Part shown: positions 53,326 to 64,000 of the stretch, piece by piece
How the letters are laid out: the number at the start of each line of letters is the position of its first letter
How positions within the stretch are numbered: the first letter of the stretch is position 1
Assembly (NCBI GenBank): GCA_964016885.1
Contig: OZ024742.1
Span: 307,148,001-307,212,000, forward strand
Length of the DNA: 64,000 nucleotides
Direction of reading: 5' to 3'
From: Eledone cirrhosa
Taxonomy: Eukaryota
The notes under the pieces: generated by a model
Told to the model about the DNA's origin: nothing
The model's database searches: none
The model's input: only the letters and a program-made list of their open reading frames with translations
Made by a program: the position numbers and the translations under genes

Positions 53326-55170
53326 AATGTCAGTACAAAACAGGATGTTGTTGGAGATGAGAGTGTCCCGAATAAATTTAAAAAAGGAGGCCTGGAAATT
53401 TCATTATCAGAGACTGATGAATGTGGAGAACGAATGGGACAGAGTGAAATTACCCCCAGTAGACCCAACAGAGGGACCAGCTATTGACATTGACGAATAT
53501 AGGGTACAAGAGGCAATTAAGGAAATGAAAAATGGTAAGGCTGCTGGACTGTCAGGGATAGTTGCTGAGATGCTGAAGGCATCAGGAAAAGTAGGCACTA
53601 AACTAGTTACACGCATCATTAATCAAGCTATATATGGTGGTATCATACCCAAAGACTGGTGCAGCAGTATTCTCATAAATTGCTACAAAGGTAAAGGGGA
53701 TGCTCTAGAGAGGAGCAATTATAGGGGCATAAAGCTGATGGATCAGGTTATGAAAGTGGCAGAGAGAATATTAGTGAAAGGGTCAATTTAGATGAGATGC
53801 ATGTGTGGTTTTGTGCCTCGGAAAAGTACACCAGATACCCTCTTCATAGTGAGGCAACTACAAGAGAGGTTCTTAGAGAAGAATAAGTCACTATACTTAG
53901 CTTTTGTTGACCTAGAGAAGGCCTTTGAAAGGGTACCCCGATCTGTCATCTAGTGGTCCCTAAGGAAACTAGGTGTAGAGAAATGGCTTGTGAGGACAGT
54001 GCAAGCTATGTACAGGGGTGCTGTCAGTAAAGTGAGAATAGGAAGGGAGTTTAGTGAGGAATTCCAGATACAAGTAGGTGTACATCAGGGTTCGGTCCTC
54101 AGCCCGCTCTTGTTCATTATAGTCCTCCAAGCAATAACAGAGGAGTTTAAGACTGGCTGCCCATGGGAACTTCTCTATGTTGATGATCTGGTTCTTATAG
54201 CAGAATCAGTAGAGGAGCTAGAGAATAAATTCTGGCTATGGAAACAGTAGTTGGAATCAAGAGGCCCGAGAGTGAACATAGCTAAAACAAAAGTGTTGAT
54301 AAGTAGAAGAGAGGATAATACTCTGATTCCATCGGAGAAATGGCCATGCTCGATATGTAGGAAAGGAACTGGCATAAATTCCATAAAATGTTTACAATGC
54401 AGATCTTGGGTACACAAGAGATGTAGTGGTATAGCAGGCAAACTAACAGGTAGGAAAAACTACGTATGCAGTAGATGTACAAGGAAAATTGGCAGTAGTA
54501 ATCGCAGTGATAAACACATTTTTCCAATGCAGATGGGTCCTATAGAAGTGGTTGATAGTTTCCGGTACCTAGGTGATCAGATTAGCATGGGAGGGGGTGT
54601 TCCGAGGCCATAGTATCTAGAATAAGGACGGGTTCAAAGAAGTTTAGGGAGCTGCTTCCTCTGTTGACTAAGAAAGGTTTCTCTCTGCGTACGAAAGGAT
54701 GGTTATATGATGCCTGTGTGAGATGTGCGATGTTGCATGGTAGTGAGACATGGGCAGCAACTGCAGAAGATATGCGATGGCTGGAGAGAAATGAAGCAAG
54801 TATGCTCCGTTGGATGTGCAATGCCAATGAGCATGAACGACCAAGCATAGACGAGTTGAGAAAGAAACTGGGTATAAGAGGGATAAGTTGTTGTGTGCAG
54901 GAGAGAAGGCTGAGATGGTATGGACATGTGATGCGCATGGAGGATTACCGCTGGGTAAAAAAGTGCCAAGAAATCCCAGTAGACAGAAGACGCAGTAGAA
55001 GTAGACCACATAAAACATGGGCGGAGGTGGTGAGAGCAGTCCTCAGATCACTGAAACTCACCGAGGAGATGAGGAAGGACCGTGACAAGTGGAGAGATGC
55101 TATGCTAAATAGGACCTGTCCAACCCTTGCAAGCAGGGAAAAGCGGACGTATGATGATGATGATGATGAT
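53326..55170 (+). mobile_element. 5'-truncated RTE-clade LINE with stops and frameshifts
   Basis: RT motifs NYRGIKL, FVDLEKAF, GVHQGSVLSPLLF, LYVDDL, FRYLG, RLRWYGHV; (GAT)n tail at about 55153-55170. Confidence 0.95.
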
Positions 55171-55452
55171 GGTATATTTAATTAACAGGGAGTTATGTAT
55201 TGCTAACAAAGTGTTATGTATTGTTAATGGGGAGTTATTTATTAACAGGGTATTGTGTATTGTTTACAGGGTTAAAGGCTGTTATGTATTGTCAACAGGA
55301 TGTTATGTATTAACAGAGTGGTATGTATTAATAACAGGGTGTTATGTATTAACAGGATGTAATGTATTAAAAGGGTGTTATGTATTAATAACAGGGTGTT
55401 ATGTATTGTTAGCAGTGTGTTATGTATTGATAACAAGATGTTATGTATTAAA
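55171..55452 (+). repeat. Degenerate continuation of the satellite beyond the LINE
   Basis: Diverged GGGTGTTATGTATT(AA)TAACA-like units. Confidence 0.85.
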
Positions 55453-55738
55453 AGGAAAGAAATTGAATGAATAATATGTCTGAATTAATGTTGGAATAGT
55501 CAAAGATGGAATGTCTTTGATCATAAGTTTGTAGATGAATCTGAACTGCAGTTTACTTTGTCTTTTGTGTGTTTGTGTACGTGTGTCAATGTGCATGTGT
55601 GTATGTGTGCATGTATGTCTGTGTTTGTGTACATGTTGTGTGCATGCATATGAGTTATGATGTAAACCCTAGAAGACATTGCCACAGCATGGCCACAGTT
55701 CAATGGCTCAAAACAATGAATAAATGAGTAATACTTAC

Positions 55739-55808
55739 TGAGTGGTGAAAGGTTTTGTGAAAAATATAAATGACAAGACAATGGTTATGGCTTTCCGACA
55801 TGTGGTCA
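55739..55808 (-). CDS. SLC35B3: SLC35B3 penultimate coding exon
   Basis: TTTTTCTTTAAG acceptor, GTAAGT donor, 70 bp; (V)TTCRKAITIVLSFIFFTKPFTT(H), the TTxRK motif of UAA-family nucleotide-sugar transporters. Confidence 0.94.
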
Positions 55809-57358
55809 CTTAAAGAAAAAGAAAATATGTAAAATTGAAAAATGAGAGAAAAATACATCTTACTTTTATATCCTACACTGGCAAAAATAAATTTCAGGAT
55901 TACAGCAAGCATTTTATTCAGAAGATATTTATCCCCTTTTTTTTTTTACCATATTTTTACTGTATTTCAATAAATTATGAATTTTAATAGAATTACTAAA
56001 ATTATTAATTATTTCATTATTAAGATAGTTTTTTTTTAAATAATTTAGCTAAACGTTCTTATATCAAATTATGTTGGAAGATTTTGATTTATCCCGGAAA
56101 CCTTTAAAATGGGTGAGTTTATATCATAGAAGCAGAGCTGACTTGGGGCAGGTTGGTATCAAAAGGTCTAATTCTTTAAAGCAAGAAAAATTAGAATGCC
56201 AAAAGAGCAAAAATCTGTTTCAAATAGAGAAGGGGGATGTAAGGATGAAAAAAATAGCAGACAAATTGCCATGTTTAATAAAACTAAGATGGATTTTTAT
56301 AGCCACAGTTCTATATTAATATTATCAATATTATATATTATGTTATATAACTCTTTCAATTCATAAAGAAGCGAGGTCTTTGGTGAGGGAAAATGTATTA
56401 GTTTGAGAACTGCTGGCTTAAATTATCTTACAGGAAGTGATAATGTTGCAATAAGCCAACAGAGAAGCTGCTACATAGTCACATGATGCGTTAAAAATAA
56501 GACCCCACTCCTATAAAACAGTGAAAGTCATATTGAATAATATAGTCATAGATATCTCAAAGATATGGAATGGTAACGTAGGAATGTCTTTCTTTATACG
56601 TTTATTTTATTAGGGTTGATCTGTGTCTAAATGAAACCAAGAACATCAATGGTATTGCTAAATTCTCTCCAGTCAGGTCTACTAAGACCTGTGATATGGA
56701 AGTTGCAATATCTTGCCATTTTACTTTTAATAGTCATAGGGACACTTTTATGATACCTGGCATGTCTTGGAAATGTTTAACCTGGCAGAGGTCAGACTAC
56801 AACCGATTTCTTATAGAGAGAGAGAAAGAGAAACAATTGATTCCAATACTGGATAGGTACCTAATTTATTGAGCTCAAAAGAATGAAAGCCAAAGTTGGC
56901 CTTGTCAGTGTTTAAACTCAGAGCTCAGAGAGCCAGCACAAATACCACAAAGTATTCTATCAAACGTTCAGATAGAAATTGTCAGGGCTTACCTGCAGAT
57001 ATTTTACAGAGAGTCCACACAGTTACAATGCAGTATAGCGCAGTGCAATACACATCTGTACAATGTATTTTTCTATGTCATCTTTACAATGTACTTTGCT
57101 ATGTCAGATGTGATCCAGCAGTTTGTCAACCAAGCAACTAGCTCTACTGTTCAAACCATAAAATTTATCTGCCTAGCTAATGACTCGACTAAATACTTCA
57201 ACATTCAGTGACTGGTTAATCCTATGTTATGTAAAGTGTAGTATAACAGTGTGGACATGCTGAATTCTCTATTATTCATTCTATTTCTGAATGTCCTGAG
57301 GTTTCCATAATGGTTATTGGTCAAATACCAGTAAAATAAAAAGGTAAAGTTAACTCAC

Positions 57359-57470
57359 CAGTGACAGCAACTAAAGCGCCAAAGGTCTTAACAAGGGTCA
57401 AAACACTAATAAGTCCCAGGTATCCAGCAACGGAAAAGATGAATGAGTAACCATATGTTACTGTAGGATG
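57359..57470 (-). CDS. SLC35B3: SLC35B3 internal exon
   Basis: TTTCCAG acceptor, GTGAGT donor, 112 bp; HPTVTYGYSFIFSVAGYLGLISVLTLVKTFGALVAVT; phases fit both neighbours. Confidence 0.94.
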
Positions 57471-57561
57471 CTGGAAATAAAAGAATTTTAAATGGTTAGT
57501 TTCATTTTTTTATATTTCTTTTTTATTCAAGTTTTTGTATGTATGATGCATCCTCATCATT

Positions 57562-57697
57562 GAGGTTAGCTTCACCTTTCATCCTTATGGGGTCGATAAA
57601 ATAAAGTAGCAGTCACGCACTGGGGTCGATTTAATCAACTTTCCCCTCCCCCAAAATTGCTGGCCTTGTGACTATATCAGAAACCATTATCATTATT
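57562..57697 (+). mobile_element. SINE 3' half (intronic)
   Basis: CCTTTCATCCTTATGGGGTCGATAAAATAAAG core. Confidence 0.85.
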
Positions 57698-58431
57698 TAA
57701 TATCTATTTCCCTGCTAGCAAATTTTGAAAGGGCCATCAGAGACAAAGTCAGTACTTAATAGAAACTACTAATCTCTCAGACAGACTGGGGGTGCATTTC
57801 CCACTTACATATGTTCCTACATTCTACAAAGTACACTGGGTGCATTTTATCATGGCACCACCACTAGGAAGATTGCCATGCCTTTGACACAGTTAAAGAG
57901 TTCTTCCAACTCTTGATTGGCAATTTTTCTACTATTTTACAGAGAGTACTAAGTGCATTTATCATGTAGATTGCAAACACTAGAGATGCTGTTGTGCCCT
58001 TGACAAAAGCGAAAAGTTCTCTCAACCCTTTTTGTCATCGTTTTTACATTTTAGCAACTACCTTACAGGATGCATTAGTTGAATGAATTTTCATGGCACC
58101 AGCACTAGAGAGGTTGCTGTGTCATGATTAAAGGGTCTTTTCAACCCTATTTGACATGGTTTCTACATGGTTTTAAACTACTGACCCCAAATATAAGTCG
58201 ACTTTTTGGTCACATATTCCTCGCCTTATATTCAAGTATATACGATAAATATTCTTTTACTATAAACCTCTTAATTTTATATGGGTGCCACCACAAAAGC
58301 TTTGTTTGAAACTCGAATAATACTGTCATCCACCATCATTTAGATTTAGTTTAACAATGCATTTTAAGAGAATAATTTAAGAAAATGTGTAAAGTTATTG
58401 TTTTCTCAGGTGAAAAAATTTATTGACTTAC

Positions 58432-58524
58432 CTCATAACAAAAATTAACTGCAGGTAAGAGGTTGCCAGTTAATATTAATCCCACAAGGATGTAAAGAAA
58501 ACCAATGGAACAGGAATACAAAAC
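58432..58524 (-). CDS. SLC35B3: SLC35B3 internal exon
   Basis: CCATAG acceptor, GTAAGT donor, 93 bp phase 0/0; VLYSCSIGFLYILVGLILTGNLLPAVNFCYE. Confidence 0.93.
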
Positions 58525-59324
58525 CTATGGTGGAAATAAAGAAAAGGTTGTTAGTGGTTTATCAACTTAGACCGACAGGCAAGCAAGTAGATATGCATAT
58601 TGGCAGAGAGGAAGGTACATAGAAAAAACCAAATAGATATAAATATAGGCAGATTAAAAGACTGATGGATAAATAGATGGATAAATAGATACAAAAAAAG
58701 ACAGACTAACAGACAGATTGGTTTGGCACACATCTGTTTTTTCTGACTATGCAGGGGCAGCATCCTTCATTAAAAGTCAGTAATGTGATTGCTGGCTGAA
58801 ATGAGGTGATGTTAATCATAGCCATGATTCATTTATCTCATCTAAGGTTGTTTTCCTGCACTTATCATGGGTCTGCTTGGGTCACAGAAAAAGCAAGGTC
58901 AGTCAATACATGTAAGAGAGATAACTGGGTGTTAGGATTACCAAGAGAATCAACAAAGCTAGACTCAAAAGCTTTACCCCTTTTGTGGTTATGTTTCTAA
59001 TGAAATATATTTTATTTCAATTAATTAATGAAGACTGCATTGCTGGGTATGAGCTGTCCAGTTTGTTGGGATATGGTTTTTTCTCTCAAGTTGTGTAAAC
59101 TATGTTTATTACCTAAACTGTTACAGCACAGTTATGACTTTGGACTGTGAATTTTTGTTGTATGTGGAGTGCGAAGGTACATGCTTAACATGTTGGCTAC
59201 CACACAACATACCAAAGGGTCATGGTGGTTTATCTGCATGAGCATTTGGTAGGTCATTCTGTTATATCTCTAAGATTTTATGGCTGACACTCAGACGGAC
59301 TATGACCCACCAGTAAGTTGAGGA

Positions 59325-60378
59325 TAAGCAGTCTCTGTCCCTCATTATTGCTGCCATGTCCTGCGTCTTCAACAGACCAGTGTCTGTCCTTAGGGCATCA
59401 AGATACGTTAACCTTGGTCTTCCAGTGTGGCCATGCAGGGACTCCCACAGGAGCACTGAGTGCAGTGTCAACTCTGGATGTCGGTGAGCATGTCCAACTA
59501 ACCTCAGTCTCCCCTGTGTCATTTTTGAGCTGACTTTTGGGAGGCACCCATACAGCTCTGAGTTTTTCATCCCCAGTGTATACTGATTAATGTTCAGCAC
59601 CATCGCCAGGATTCTCGTGTAGCACCCATCCACCATCTGAGTGAGTTTCTTGGTCAGTGTCCAAGTCTCAGACTCGTACAGCAGCACAGACTCCACTACA
59701 GCAATGAAGAGGCGGATTTTCAGGTCTTTACGAAGGTCTGACTTCCACACCGATGTCAAGCTGTGTCACGCCGCCCAGGCTTTGCTCTTCCTCTCAACCA
59801 CATCATCTTCCGTATTCCCAATCTTTGCTCCAAAATACAGGAAGTCCTCAACCAATTCTAGCGACTTCCCACCTACATTAGTAATCCCCTCTGGCTTCTC
59901 AACATTCTCTACCAGACATTTTGTCTTAGTCTTATTCATTCTCAGCCCCACACTCATCGACACAGTCTCAACCTCCTGCATCAAATCCTCTGCCACCTTC
60001 ACTGTATTTGTCACCAAAACTATGTCGTCGGCAAATTCAGCATCCAATATCTTTTTCGCTTTAACTCTCCTGCTCTGAGCTGGTGTTACAGTAAAGCCAG
60101 AGTCCTGGTGTTTCTCCAGTGCAAGGCGCATACAATAGTCCACTACGATGATAAAAAGGTAGAGAGCCAATGTATCTCCCTGGAGCACTCCAGCTAGTAT
60201 CTCAAAGAACTCTGTCATCCCATCAGCTTTGGTGTTGGTCATGGTTTTCATTGACTTTAGGAAGGCCTTTGATTCTGTGGACCGTCACTGCCTGATGAAA
60301 ATCTTACAGGCTTATGGAATCCCCAAGAAGATAGTGGACCCGATATCACTGCTCTACACCAACACCAAAGCCCAAGTA
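59325..60378 (-). mobile_element. RTE-like LINE fragment with inverted 5' segment
   Basis: Minus strand gives GVLQGDTLA, FADDI, DFLYFG, VESVLLY; plus strand 60241-60378 gives the upstream RT part FIDFRKAFDSV...YTNTKAQV. Confidence 0.9.
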
Positions 60379-60386
60379 TAATATAG

Positions 60387-60417
<31 letters not shown>

Positions 60418-60862
60418 GCAAGCATGGAAAAGCGGATGTAAAATGAAATGATGATAAAATGAAATGATATTATGCTGCTTATATTAAAATAAACTATGGA
60501 ATGATATTTAGATTCAGAGATTTGTGATGAATCTGAAGTGAAGAATGTGTACTGCCAGCAATGGGTATCATAGAACTGGGGGATCTTTGATTAATCAGCA
60601 GACATGATGTGTCATTGAATCCAGGAGGTGGAGCAAATAGTGTAGTATGTTGGTGCGTAGTAGGTAGTTACAATAAAGCAGTAGAATTTCCCATTGGTGC
60701 AGGAAGAATTCTGGAATTCTGGAATTCTGGATCAACCACACCTTAAAATAGGATGAGGCAATATAAGCATGAACAACTTTGGTCCTAGATCTGCTCAATC
60801 AGAGTTGATATAGAGTAAGTAACAACAAAATCAATCAAATGTTTATGAAATAATATTTTTAC

Positions 60863-60960
60863 CATTTCTATATTGCTACAATTGAACTTCTTCAATACTT
60901 TCTCTTGCACATTTCCAATCACAGCATCTGCACACAATGCTAACAGTATTAAAAATATTC
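60863..60960 (-). CDS. SLC35B3: SLC35B3/PAPST2 internal exon (first exon visible in window; upstream exons lie beyond 64000)
   Basis: TTCTTGCAG acceptor and GTAAAA donor; encodes (G)IFLILLALCADAVIGNVQEKVLKKFNCSNIEM, matching the LALCADAVIGNVQEK motif recalled for SLC35B3. Confidence 0.93.
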
Positions 60961-61079
60961 CTGCAAGAAATTGTTGAAAAAGAAACTACATTATTCTTTA
61001 ATATTGATATCTAGCTCTGGTACAAGGAAACACATGTTGAAGGGGGAGCAAGCAACAGCTGATTAAATTGACTGTGGTA

Positions 61080-63591
61080 TCCTCAACCAGTAACAGATTT
61101 AAAGATATTTTACTCAACACCTACGACAGTAAAGAAGAACAGATAGAGACATTCAATGTAGAAGAGAACTGGGAGTTCCTAAAAAATAACTTACTAGAGG
61201 CGACGTAAGACCTCAAGCAGGAGGAGAGTAACTTGGTGGTGGAACAATAAGGTAGATGAGGCAGTTAAGGCCAAGAGACAGGCATGGAAAGAATGGAAGA
61301 ATGGGGGAACAGGGTACATTACATAGAGACCACGAGGGAAGCTAGGCGACAAGTATACTTAGCTAGGAGGGAAGCAGAGGATAGAAAATTCAAGCATGTT
61401 TTGCAACGTGAGGACCAGAAACAGGTGTTCAAGATTGCGAGGCAGTGTGTCAGAGAGAGTTGTGATGTCATTGGAGAGAAGTGTATCCGGAATGATAAAG
61501 GTGAGCTTGCCCTCACAAGTGCTGAGAAGAAAGATGCATGGAAGAGTCATTATGATAGATTACTAAATGAGGAGAATGCATGGGAAGAAGAGACCCTACC
61601 CCAAGTAGACCCTATAGAGGGGCCAGCAGTACAAGTCAGCAGCAACGTAGTAAGTAAGGCAATCAAAGATATGAAGATGGGGAAGGCAATCGGTCCATCG
61701 GGTATAGCTGCCAAGATGCTGAAGGCATCTGGGTCTGTAGGTCACACTATAACCACACGTATTGTTAACCAGGTAATACTAGAGGTGTCATACCAAAAGA
61801 TTGGTGCAGTAGCATCATTGTCAACTGCTACAAAGGTAAAGGTGATGCAGTAGATAGAGGAAACTATAGAGGTATAAAGCTGATGGACCAGGTCATGAAA
61901 GTAACAGAAAGAGTTATAGCACAGTTGATTAGGGACCGGGTGAAACTAGACAAGATGCAATTTGGGTTTGTACCAGGAAGAGGCACCACTGATGCCCTCT
62001 TCCTTGTCAGGCAGTTACAGGAAAAGTACCTAGCTAAAAGTAAACCACTCTATCTGGCATTTGTCAACCTTGAAAAAGCCTTTGACAGAGTTCCACATGC
62101 TGTAATCTGGTGGGCTCTTAGAAAACTAAGAGTAGATGAATGGCTTGTGAAAGCGGTACAAGCCATCTATAGGGGAGCAGTCAGCAAAGTTAGGATTAGC
62201 AATGAGTATGGCGAGGAATTTAGCGTACAGGTTGGGGTCCACCAAGGCTCTGTTCTTAGCCCCTGTTCATCATAGTTCTGCAGGCAATAACGGAGGAGTT
62301 TAAGACCGGATGCCCATGGGAACTCTTGTATGCTGATGACCTCGCACTTATAGCTGAATCTATGGTAGAACTAGAGAAGAAATTCCAAACTTGGAAGCAG
62401 GGACTAGAAAGAAAGGGTCTCAAAGTCAACATGACAAAGACTAAGGTCCTTGTAAATAGACGAGAAAACAGAACCCAGATCCCCTCAGGGAAATGGCCTT
62501 GCTCAGTATGTAGGAAAGGTGTAGGTAGGAACTCCATTCTCTGCCCCAAATGCAAACAATGGGTACACAAGAGATGTAGCGGGATCTCAGGAAGCTTAAT
62601 TAAGAATGTAGGCTTCACATGCAGCAGCTGTGCTGGGACAGCAAGCAGCAAACAGCCACAGGAAACAAGTACCACCAATCTCTGGGAGGGCTCTGTAGAA
62701 ACAGTAGACAGCTTCTGCTACCTAGGTGACCGAATTAGCAGCGGAGGTGGGTGTTCAGAAAGTACAATAACTAGGATAAGAACGGGATGGAAAAAGTTTA
62801 GGGAACTACTACCACTGCTAGCTGCAAAAGGCTTCTCCCTCAAAATGAAAGGCAGAATGTATGATGCGTGTATCCGAACAGCGATGTTGCATCGTAGTGA
62901 GACCTGGGCGCTGAAGGTAGAAGACTTACGCAGATTAGAGAGAAACGAAGCCTGCATGCTCCGATGGATGTGTAACAGTAATATACGCAAACGACAAAGC
63001 ATAAATGAATTGAGAGAGAGACTGAGCATAAGAGGAATCAAATGCTGTGTGCAGGAGAGGCGGTTGCGCTGGTATGGACATATGCGTATGAAGGATGACA
63101 GCTGCATAAAAAGGTGCAGAGCACTAGAAGTCGATGGAAACCGCGGAGTGGGGAGACCCAAGATGACCTGGGATGAGGTGATAAAAGCCGACCTTACCCA
63201 ATTACACCTCTCAAAGGCACGACCGTGACCTCTGGCGTCACGCAGTAATACAGAGTACCCGACCTCCCATGGGTACAAGCTGAAGCATATAGACAATATG
63301 CCCCCACACCCCCCACCGCAAGGTGGTCGTGGAGGTGCCACGGCAAAAAAGCACCCAGCCCACACTGTAAAGTGGACGTGTAGGCGCCACGAAAAAGCAC
63401 CCAGCACTCACTGTAAATGAGGTTGGTGTTATGAAGGGCATCCAGCTGTAGAAATCAAGCCAAATCAGTTCCTGTATGAGCAAGGCATGGTCAGCCGACC
63501 AGACATTGCCCACAACAGGACAACCCGTCTAACCCATGCTAGCGTGGAAGAACGGACGTAAAACGGTGATGATGAGGATGATGATGATGAT
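61080..63591 (+). mobile_element. 5'-truncated RTE-clade LINE with long 3' UTR
   Basis: QFGFVPGRGTTDA, LEKAFDRV, GVHQGSVLSP, YADDL, FCYLG, RLRWYGH; frameshifted; (GAT)n tail. Confidence 0.95.
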
Positions 63592-63687
63592 CCTACTGGT
63601 TCACATTTTAGTGAACCCAGAACAATGACATGTAAACATTGACCTCAATAGAATTTGAACTCATGACAAAAAAAGGTGTATCTAAAT

Positions 63688-63896
63688 ATTGGTTTCTGAT
63701 TTAGGCACAAAGCCAACAATTTTTGGGGAAGGGAAAGTCAACTAAATCCAAACCAGTGCATTACTAGTATTTTATTTTATCGACCCCCGTAAGGATGAAT
63801 TCAAAGCTAATCTCGGCAAGAATTGAACTCAAGTTGTAAAGGGCCATAACTCTGTGCCATAAATCATGATGTCCGACGCTCCACTGACACTGCCAA
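63688..63896 (-). mobile_element. SINE, diverged copy
   Basis: TTTTATCGACCCCCGTAAGGATGAA...TTGAACTC...CTGCCAA. Confidence 0.8.
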
Positions 63897-64000
63897 AATA
63901 TTGCAAGGCATTTTGTTCCCTACTTAACTGCTCATTGTCCATTGATTCAATGTTGATGATGCTTTGCTTCATGAGATATCTCAACCATACCTTTGATGAG

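Noticed and set aside
55127-55474. 115-aa ORF with GCYVL repeats
   Set aside because: Translation of the LINE tail plus degenerate satellite units
62256-63513. Minus-strand ORFs up to 229 aa (also 53407-55018)
   Set aside because: Antisense shadows of RTE coding sequence

Overview
AT-rich, repeat-dense animal genomic DNA. The SINE and LINE families look like those of an octopod cephalopod, which is an inference. The only clear host gene is the 3' half of SLC35B3 (PAPS transporter 2) on the minus strand: five GT-AG exons from 60960 down to the stop at 25122. Its last intron (25276-55738, about 30.5 kb) is almost filled by a ~28 kb array of a 19-21 bp unit (GTGTTATGTATAGTTAACA, roughly 1,400 copies). 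The array has about 22 orientation-inverted blocks with stereotyped junctions and nested higher-order duplications, and it begins at the intron's likely branch point. The rest holds RTE-clade LINEs (two with a PHD finger inside the RT region, one with a twin-priming inversion), many tRNA-derived SINEs, mariner and MITE relics, a Helitron-like element, Penelope-type hammerhead ribozyme motifs and several decayed orphan ORFs. Coordinates and counts were read by eye; repeat boundaries are approximate.
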